Assembly (NCBI GenBank): GCA_965262055.1
Contig: CBDHEI010000002.1
Coordinates: forward strand, 1,108,202-1,172,201
Reading direction: 5' to 3'
Source of the DNA: Dehalococcoidia bacterium
GTDB taxonomy: Bacteria; Chloroflexota; Dehalococcoidia; Lucifugimonadales; G958296245
DNA length: 64,000 nt
Below the pieces are notes generated by a model. That model did no database searches, was not told the DNA's origin, and saw nothing but the letters and a program-made list of their open reading frames with translations. The translations under genes and the position numbers were made by a program. Shown in pieces: positions 57,234 through 64,000 of the stretch. The number at the start of each line of letters is the position of its first letter. The first letter of the stretch is position 1.

Positions 57234-58775
57234 CTATGAGCCGACCATTCGGCGGGGGAGGGCCGGGTCGGTGTCCATGATCTCGTCCAGCAGCGCCAGC
57301 CGGAGGTCGTCGCGGACCGCCTTATGCGCGGGGTCGTCCCACAGGTTCCGGAGCTCCCCGGGGTCTTTCTGGAAGTCGAATAGCTCGCCGTACGAGTGTC
57401 CCGAGTACGCCGTGAGCCGGTAGCGGCTCGTCACCAGGGTCCTGACACGGAAGCCGAGATTGTCCTGGTCGTCCTCTATCAGCGCCCTGCCCTTACCATG
57501 GCCGGACCCCTCCAGCACGGGGACGAGGCTGCTTCCGGGCCAAGCCGGCGGCGCTTCAGCGGCTACCGGCGTGGGCGGGCCGTGTCCCTCGGGGACTGGC
57601 ACGCCGGCAATGTCCAGGATGGTAGGCGCAAAGTCTACGAGACTGACAACAGAGTCGTGGACCCGCCCCTGGGGGAAGCGCCGCGGCCAGCTTATCAGCA
57701 GAGGGACCCTGACTACAGAGTCGTAGTGGAACGGGCCCTTTCCCCACATGCCGTGGTCGCCAAGGGCCTCGCCGTGGTCGGCCGTGACCAGGATGACGGT
57801 CTCGTCCTCCTGGCCATTCCGCCTCAGCGCATCGAGGATGCGGCCGACCTGGTAGTCGATCATCTCGATCAGCCCGTAGTAGTGCGCCGCGCACTCGGAG
57901 CGGTAGGGCGCTATCTGCAGTCCCTGGTCCTCGTACCGGTGCCGATGGTGCGGCGGCAGCAGATCGAACTCGTTCTCGTCGAAGATAGGCGGCTGCACGT
58001 CGTCAGGGTCGTACCTGTAGCACCAGGGCGCGGGCGGGGCCAGCGGGACGTGCGGCAGCTCAGTGGAGAACCATAGGAGGAAGGGCCGCTCGCCGGCGCG
58101 CGGGTCGTCCAGGAAGTCAATGGCGCGATCGGCAGACCAGGCCGTGGGATGGAGCTCGCTTGGCAGCGCCCACTTGAAAGAGCCTGTATAGAAATCGATA
58201 GCCGGGGACGGGGGCTCCAGCGCCACGGCGTCGTGGAAGAGGTGCGCCTCGTTCGGATGCTCCCTGTCGAGCCAGGCAGGGAACTCTCCCCAGCCGTCCC
58301 GAGGCCGGTGTGCGTTCTGGAAGTCCGTACTTTCGAAGCCGTAGTACGGCGACGGCAGCTTCGTGATCCTCCCCGAATTCCACATATCCCGGGCTTCGGG
58401 GAACTCGTGTGGGTCGGCCTGGTCCAGCGGGACGCCTTTCGGTATGAGCGACGACCTGAGGTGTATCTTGCCGACGCAGTGAGTCCTGTACCCATCCTGC
58501 CGGAGCGCCTCGGTGAACGTCGGAACGTCGTAGTCGAGCTGTATGCCGTTCATGCGGACGCGATGGCCCCGGGTGTTGAGGCCAGTGAACATAGTCGCCC
58601 TGAACGGGGTGCAGAGCGGGTTGGCGACGTAGGCGCGGGTAAAGTTCGTTCCGCGGGCGGCCAGTGCGTCGAAGTTCGACGTTCGCACCAGCGGGTGGCC
58701 CGCGTACCCGAAGCACGTCGGATTGTGCTGGTCGGTCGTGATGATGAGGAGGTTGGGCCGTCTCGCTTCGGGCAC
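57234..58775 (-). CDS. formylglycine-dependent sulfatase
   Basis: PNLLIITTDQH and the CTPFR (CxPxR) signature in NPLCTPFRATMFTG. GTG at 58775 lies 9 nt after the comM stop. The rest of the 676-aa ORF overlaps comM and is spurious. Confidence 0.8.
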   Translation of the reverse strand: MPEARRPNLLIITTDQHNPTCFGYAGHPLVRTSNFDALAARGTNFTRAYVANPLCTPFRATMFTGLNTRGHRVRMNGIQLDYDVPTFTEALRQDGYRTHCVGKIHLRSSLIPKGVPLDQADPHEFPEARDMWNSGRITKLPSPYYGFESTDFQNAHRPRDGWGEFPAWLDREHPNEAHLFHDAVALEPPSPAIDFYTGSFKWALPSELHPTAWSADRAIDFLDDPRAGERPFLLWFSTELPHVPLAPPAPWCYRYDPDDVQPPIFDENEFDLLPPHHRHRYEDQGLQIAPYRSECAAHYYGLIEMIDYQVGRILDALRRNGQEDETVILVTADHGEALGDHGMWGKGPFHYDSVVRVPLLISWPRRFPQGRVHDSVVSLVDFAPTILDIAGVPVPEGHGPPTPVAAEAPPAWPGSSLVPVLEGSGHGKGRALIEDDQDNLGFRVRTLVTSRYRLTAYSGHSYGELFDFQKDPGELRNLWDDPAHKAVRDDLRLALLDEIMDTDPALPRRMVGS

Positions 58776-58786
58776 GGGGAGCTCGC

Positions 58787-60334
58787 TCAGCCCCAGGCGG
58801 TGGGACGGTACTGCAGTGCCTCGCCGAGGTGGGAGGCGCCTATGACCGGGGCGCCGGCGAGGTCCGCGAGGGTGCGGGCGACCTTGAGTATGCGGTGGTA
58901 GCCGCGGGCAGACAGGTGCATGCGCTTCATGGCGGCTTGCAGCAGGCCCTTGGCCGACTCCTCCACGGAGCAGTGGTCCCATACCTCTACCGGCCCCATC
59001 TCGGAGTTCGACACGATGTCCATGCCCTCGAAGCGGCCTCCCTGCAAGGTGCGGGCCGCCTGTATGCGGTTGCGGATGCGGATGCGCTCCGAGGTCTCGG
59101 CACGGTCCGGCTGGACCAGCTTCTCGTACTCGACCCGGGGCACCTCTACGAACAAGTCTATCCGGTCGAGCAGCGGTCCGCTGATGCGCTTCTTGTACCT
59201 GGCGACGGCGCTCGGCGAGCATGTGCACTCTCGGACGGGGTCGCCGTAGTAGCCGCAGGGACATGGGTTCATCGCAGCGACCATCATGAAGTTCGCGGGG
59301 AAGGTGAGGGTGCCCTGCGCCCGGCTGATCGTAACTATCTTGTCCTCTATGGGCTGGCGCAGCACCTCCAGGACGGAGTGGCCGAACTCTGGCAGCTCGT
59401 CCAAGAAGAGTACCCCCCTGTGACTCAGGGTTATCTCTCCCGGCCTCGGCAGCCTGCCTCCGCCCACGAGCCCGGCGTTCGAGATCGTGTAGTGGGGCGC
59501 CCTGAAGGGACGCTCCATGATCAGCGGCGCCGACTGCGGCAGCAGCCCGCTCACGCTGTATATCTTGGTCACGTCGAGGGCCTCATCGTTGGTGAGGGCG
59601 GGCAGTATGGACGGCAGGGTCCTGGCGAGCAGGGTCTTGCCGCTGCCGGGCGGGCCGAGCATGAGCAGGTTGTGTCCGCCTGCGGCGGCGACCTTCAAGG
59701 CGCGCTTCGCGTGCTCCTGGCCCCGTATGTCGGCCATGTCGACCCGGCCCGGCACGCCGGAAGCCGCGCTCTCCCCGGCGCCGTTCATGGAAACGGCACC
59801 CGCAGGGTCCGCGGAGTCGATGTGGCTCTCACCCCTCAGGTGGGAGACGAGCTCGGCGAGCGTCGTGACCGGCACGACGTCGATCCCGGTGACCAGAGCG
59901 GCCTCCTGGGCGTCGATGGCCGGCACGAAGACCTGCCGGTACCCCTGGCCCCTGGCCACCGCGACCATGGGCAGGATGCCGTTCGTATGTCTCAGGCCGC
60001 CGTCCAGGGCGAGCTCGCCGAGGAAGATCACCGATTCGGGAAGCTGCGATACCTGGCCGGATAAGAGCAGCACGGCCAGCGCGATGGGCAGGTCGTAGGC
60101 CGGCCCCGCCTTTCTCAGGTCGGCGGGGGCAAGGCTGGCGGCGATGCGGCGCATCGGGAACTCGCAGCCGGAGTTGCGTATCGCTGCCCGGACGCGCTCG
60201 CGGGCCTCCTGCACGGCGGCGTCAGGCAGGCCGACGACATGGAAGGCCGGCAGGCCGGGTGAGATGTCCACCTCGACCTCGACGATGTAGCCGTCAAGGC
60301 CCACTACCGCGCACGTTGTGGATTTAGCCAGCAA
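58787..60334 (-). CDS. comM: YifB/ComM family Mg-chelatase-like AAA ATPase
   Basis: N-terminal Lon-like domain (VGLPDAAVQEARERVRAAI), Walker A GPPGSGKT, ...GVLFLDELPEF. Confidence 0.9.
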   Translation of the reverse strand: MLAKSTTCAVVGLDGYIVEVEVDISPGLPAFHVVGLPDAAVQEARERVRAAIRNSGCEFPMRRIAASLAPADLRKAGPAYDLPIALAVLLLSGQVSQLPESVIFLGELALDGGLRHTNGILPMVAVARGQGYRQVFVPAIDAQEAALVTGIDVVPVTTLAELVSHLRGESHIDSADPAGAVSMNGAGESAASGVPGRVDMADIRGQEHAKRALKVAAAGGHNLLMLGPPGSGKTLLARTLPSILPALTNDEALDVTKIYSVSGLLPQSAPLIMERPFRAPHYTISNAGLVGGGRLPRPGEITLSHRGVLFLDELPEFGHSVLEVLRQPIEDKIVTISRAQGTLTFPANFMMVAAMNPCPCGYYGDPVRECTCSPSAVARYKKRISGPLLDRIDLFVEVPRVEYEKLVQPDRAETSERIRIRNRIQAARTLQGGRFEGMDIVSNSEMGPVEVWDHCSVEESAKGLLQAAMKRMHLSARGYHRILKVARTLADLAGAPVIGASHLGEALQYRPTAWG

Positions 60335-60421
60335 ACCGCGTCAGCACTCCAAGGGGGATAGGGTAGATGGTACGTGCACACGCGCCGTCAGGTCAAACGG
60401 GACTGAGGGCTGGCCGGCTGT

Positions 60422-60868
60422 CTAGCCGTACCTGGGATGCCAGCCGCTGGCCCACGTCGTGATCCTCTCGGGGCTGATCCTGAGCAGGTACCGGGGCTTG
60501 TCGATGGTGGCCTGAAGGTACGCGAGGCCCGGCTCGCCGGCGTACCTGAGCACCATCTCCCTGGCGATTTCGAGCATGCGCCCCGTCATGGCCGCCGGGC
60601 CGTCTACGATCTCGGCCGTCCCCTCTATCAGCACCCGGGGATGGTCCGGGTCCACGTCGTCGGCGCACGAGACGGCGACGCGGGGCTCGTTCCTGACGTA
60701 CTCGACGAAGCTGGACTTCTCGCGCGGGATGATGAACATCGAGCCGTCGTCCCAGTACTGCCAGACGGGAACGACGTAGGGCGCCCCATCGGGCTTCACC
60801 GTCGCCAGCCTGGCGATGATCGGACCCGCAAGCAGCTCGTCCATCTGCTCCGAAGTTAGACCTGGCAT
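60422..60868 (-). CDS. pyridoxamine 5'-phosphate oxidase family protein
   Basis: ...IARLATVKPDGAPYVVPVWQYWDDGSMFI... is the split-barrel pattern. Confidence 0.7.
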   Translation of the reverse strand: MPGLTSEQMDELLAGPIIARLATVKPDGAPYVVPVWQYWDDGSMFIIPREKSSFVEYVRNEPRVAVSCADDVDPDHPRVLIEGTAEIVDGPAAMTGRMLEIAREMVLRYAGEPGLAYLQATIDKPRYLLRISPERITTWASGWHPRYG

Positions 60869-60923
60869 CGCATCCTCCGAACCGTTAGCTTAGGAGGCCG
60901 GCCCGCCTGCTTTCCTGACCCTA

Positions 60924-62658
60924 CTAGATACCGTAGGAGTAAGGCCATACCCGCGCAGCCACCTGACAGAGTCGTCTGGCCCGCTCCACGATCGCCGCTT
61001 CGTCCCATACATCGAGGGCGTCGTCAAGCAGAGTCTTGTTGAGGAACAGGGTAGTGTGTTCGTTCAGCGTCGCTCGCTTTTCCGCCCAAGACGCATTGGA
61101 TAGGGCCGAGTTGAGGCGGTTATTCACGAGGGTCAGATTGCCTATTGAGTGAATGATCCGGTCCCGGTGTTCGGCTTCTTCAGCCTCGTCTTCCCCAACT
61201 CCGTTCAGCGGCCATTTGTCTCGCCACTGCCGGGGCATGGTGTGCTCGATTGTTAGGCCATGTGGCACAGACTGGGATTCCGACTTGTCAGTCCGCAACT
61301 CTTGCTCTATCCCTTCCAGAACGATTCGGAGCCGTCCTCGGGTCAGCAGCCTGTACAGGGGAAGGTTAACGAACGCGTTTTCTATCTGCCGGTCGTTCGG
61401 CCACAGGCCCACATCAGAGTCCTGGTCTCGAAGGAACTTAACCACTGCGTCACCGGCGTGTTCCGCTCCTATCTCCTCCAGGCGCTCCACCAAGCTAATG
61501 AAGAGCCGATTGTAGCCTCTCGTGGTCATGCGGCAGACCATCCGCCGCAACTGGTGGCTTTCTAGTGCGCGAAGTCCCTTACTCATTTGTTCTTCGGGCA
61601 CCTCTGACGAAAGCAGCCACAACAACACCGGAGTCATAGCGCCCGCCTGCATCACTCCCCATCGTTACAGAAACGTGGCCATATCGGGATCAGAGGCTTC
61701 TTCCAGCATACGATAAGACTTCCCGGTGCTGCCAATATCGTCTGCGATGATTTCAATCGGTTCGTCCCTATCCCCATAGTAGCGTACGCATGACAAGCCA
61801 ATAATTCAAGAAAACGTCGATGCGCGGACGGTAGAGCCTCCCCTGTCGTATCTCGCGTCTCCACCAACTATCGTTGAAGCCCCACAGCCGAGCTACCCCT
61901 TCGGAGTTACTTGTGGCGCCTGCCTTCGCTGCCTAGAATAGAACCATATTTTTGATCAGGTCCGACTGAAGCAATGGCGTCCCGCGTGCGTTGAGCGTCT
62001 CGAAGATGACATGAGGGTCATCTGACTGATCGAGATCAATCACAACCAGTTCCAAGAGATTTGATACGGTTTGCCCAAGTGCTTCCGCTCCTCGCGATTC
62101 ATTCTCCTCCGAATTCTTATCGAGCCACTGACGGATCTGGAGCTTGAAGAATTCATGAGCCCGAACGATAAGTGACTCCTTGGACTCTTCCGAAGACAGG
62201 TCGTTGTGCATCGTGTTGCGGAAGGCCGCCTGGTCGGCCATTGTGGGCCAGACCTTAAAGGCGTGATCGTCGTTATCGCCACGGAACGCCTCATGGTTCA
62301 GCACCAGAAGCTCAAGACGCTTCGCCGCAGTGTCAATCCCGCGTCGCTCGAACACTTCTTGGACTGCGTCTAGGAGCAATTGTAGCGTGGTCAACCGCTG
62401 CTGTCCATCGACTACGAGTCGCGTCATGAGCATCGGAGTCGGAACGTGTTGCTGCTGGAGAACTACAGCTCCAAGAAAGTGAGTTATAGACTGGCTCCCC
62501 GGCTTTTCTAGGTAGTGCTCTGCTGTGTTCTGCACGTCCTCCCAGAGCGAGTCCCATTGCCTCTCTTGGTTCCAGATGTATGGGCGCTGGAACAATGGAA
62601 TCTCGTAGCGTCCGGGGCTGGCGAACAATTTTTGCAGATTCACGATATTGACGTCCAT
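60924..62658 (-). pseudogene. GmrSD-type (DUF262 + DUF1524) type IV restriction enzyme, disrupted
   Basis: The N-terminal ORF has YEIPLFQRPYIWN (DUF262). The C-terminal ORF has LTIEHTMPRQ...IHSIGNLTLVNNRLNSALSN (DUF1524 His-Me). The 277-bp gap reads through in the conserved sequence ...WWRREIRQGRLYRPRIDVFLNYWLVM... only if TAG 61930-61932, a frameshift and a TAA are ignored. Confidence 0.75.
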
Positions 62659-62998
62659 CTTCTTCTCCCTTTGCCGACGCCTCTCGCAAAGTCAGCCAGC
62701 GTTTAGCCTTCCCTTGTTCTCTTCGCCGGGCAGAGACGGCGCAAGGCTATCACAGGATCCCAAAGCGGTCACTCTTCTTCTGGCGGCAGATTTGCTTGCT
62801 CTTGGGTTTCACTCAAACGGGGAGGCCCCTGCATATCCAACCCACATTTCCCATATCAACCCTGCAGGGCTTGCCGTAATCAGCAACAGCGATACCCGAT
62901 GTAGCCGAATAGCAGAGCACAGTGGTTATCATGAGTGCTAGACTGGTCGCGAGCGACTGCTTTGGCTGTTGATAACGTACTGTCCTCGGAGGCACCCA

Positions 62999-64000
62999 AT
63001 GGGTGAAAGCACCAACCCCCGCGCCACGCTCCGTTTCGACCGCCGTGTACGGTTGGAGTTTCGCGGCGCTACCATCACCTCGGACGCCGGACTGTTGGCC
63101 TGTCGCGAGCTGGATGATGCACTGGGACTGATGGAGACGGCGAATGAATGTCTACAGGAGAGTCGGGGCGGTCGTAACGTGCAGCACCGATTGGTGGGCC
63201 TCCTCAGGCAGTCAGTGTACAGTCGTCTCGCAGGCTACGAGGATACCAACGATGCTGAACGGTTGGCCGACGATCCGACGATGCGGGTAGTCGTTGGAGA
63301 CCGAGGCATCGACAGACCAGCGGCAAGCACCAACACCATGAGCCGGTTCGAGACCGAGGTGCTTACCCAGGACGGCAACGTGGAAGGGTTGGGCCGAGTG
63401 AACGCTAAGTGGGTGGACGGAGCTATGTCCCGCACGCCGCACCGGCGGGTGATCTTGGACATGGACAGTTCGGAGAGCCCGGTACATGGAGAACAGGAGG
63501 GAGCATCGTACAACGGTCACTTTGGGAGCACGTGCTATCACCCTTTGTTCGTGTTCAACCAGTTCGGTGACTGTGAGGGCGCGATGCTCCGCGCGGGGAA
63601 CGTACATAGCGCGCACAGGTGGCGTGATGTATTGGATCCGGTCCTGTCCCGCTACGGGGCGACAGGAGTGCGGCGGTACTTTCGTGCCGATGCCGCATTC
63701 GCCAAGCCGGACATCTATGAGTACCTCGAGGAGCGGCACGTCCTTTACGCTATAAGACTCCCCGGCAACGAGGTGCTGCAACGGGAGATCGCCCCTCTGC
63801 TCAGGAGGCCTGTGGGCAGGCCGCCGAAGCGTCCAGTGATCCTATACGACGACTTTTGGTATCGTGCCGGGAGTTGGGACCGGGCACGGCGGGTGGTGGC
63901 CAAGGTGGAGTGGCACAGGGGAGAGCTGTTCCCTCGGGTGGGCTTCATCGTCACGAGCATGACGGCTGGCCCCGAAGGAGCGGTGCGATTCTACAATGGT
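62999..64000 (+). CDS. IS1380-family DDE transposase, type C (partial, runs off the window; not in the supplied ORF track)
   Basis: Hand translation from ATG 62999 is open for 334 codons: MGESTNPRATLRFDRRVRLEFRGATITSDAGLLACRELDD...VILDMDSSESPVHGEQEGASYNGHFGSTCYHPLFVFNQ...YFRADAAFAKPDIYEYLEE...VRFYNG. Confidence 0.8.
   Translation, partial: MGESTNPRATLRFDRRVRLEFRGATITSDAGLLACRELDDALGLMETANECLQESRGGRNVQHRLVGLLRQSVYSRLAGYEDTNDAERLADDPTMRVVVGDRGIDRPAASTNTMSRFETEVLTQDGNVEGLGRVNAKWVDGAMSRTPHRRVILDMDSSESPVHGEQEGASYNGHFGSTCYHPLFVFNQFGDCEGAMLRAGNVHSAHRWRDVLDPVLSRYGATGVRRYFRADAAFAKPDIYEYLEERHVLYAIRLPGNEVLQREIAPLLRRPVGRPPKRPVILYDDFWYRAGSWDRARRVVAKVEWHRGELFPRVGFIVTSMTAGPEGAVRFYNG

Noticed and set aside
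57234-59264. 676-aa ORF taken as a single long sulfatase
   Set aside because: The first roughly 160 codons overlap comM in another frame and are Arg/Pro/Gly-rich. The sulfatase domain begins right after a GTG at 58775, which lies 9 nt downstream of the comM stop.

Overview
This is a high-GC window (about 65-72% in core genes by hand counts), gene-dense, and probably from a monoderm-type environmental bacterium. The gene content (LLM flavin oxidoreductase, enolase-superfamily dehydratase, sulfatase, ThuA, Gfo/Idh/MocA, XDH-family enzyme, lipoprotein SBPs with V/E/K linkers) is reminiscent of Chloroflexota, but that placement is only a guess.

Core content:
- rbsK, pgi and tal.
- An LLM oxidoreductase.
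- An Opp/Dpp-type ABC operon with two lipoprotein SBPs and two permeases but no ATPase genes. It is followed by three tandem paralogues (about 90% identical) of a cytoplasmic Asp-box (BNR) sialidase-like propeller.
- rsmG, ilvD, an HtrA protease, rpsU and an IMPase.
- A sugar-acid catabolic cluster.
- hspR-grpE-dnaK.
- An XDH-family FAD/2Fe-2S/Mo operon with a MoaD-like gene.
- A sulfatase and comM/yifB.

The window is heavily shaped by mobile DNA:
- Four full or near-full copies and one fragment of a 1.7-kb IS1380-family element. These include an IS-in-IS insertion and a head-to-head inverted pair 117 bp apart, all flanked by 3-bp TWA duplications.
- A second IS1380-type element (4-bp GCGA duplication) that splits a fitAB/vapBC toxin-antitoxin locus.
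- A third IS1380-type transposase that runs off the right edge and is absent from the ORF track.
- Two copies of a 150-bp MITE-like palindromic element.

The most interesting region is a lower-GC island at about 49.8-56.6 kb. It carries:
- An unknown two-gene cassette.
- A split ABC-ATPase + TOPRIM pair (PARIS/AbiL/OLD-like).
- A DNA methyltransferase fused to an Mrr-like nuclease domain, with a compositionally foreign central segment.
- A SAMHD1-like HD phosphohydrolase translationally linked to a YwgA/SocA(Panacea)-like protein.

Many accessory genes are decayed: SNF2 helicase, fitAB, one hicBA, GmrSD, a TPP enzyme and a DUF4153 protein. I recognised no rRNA, tRNA or CRISPR array by eye.
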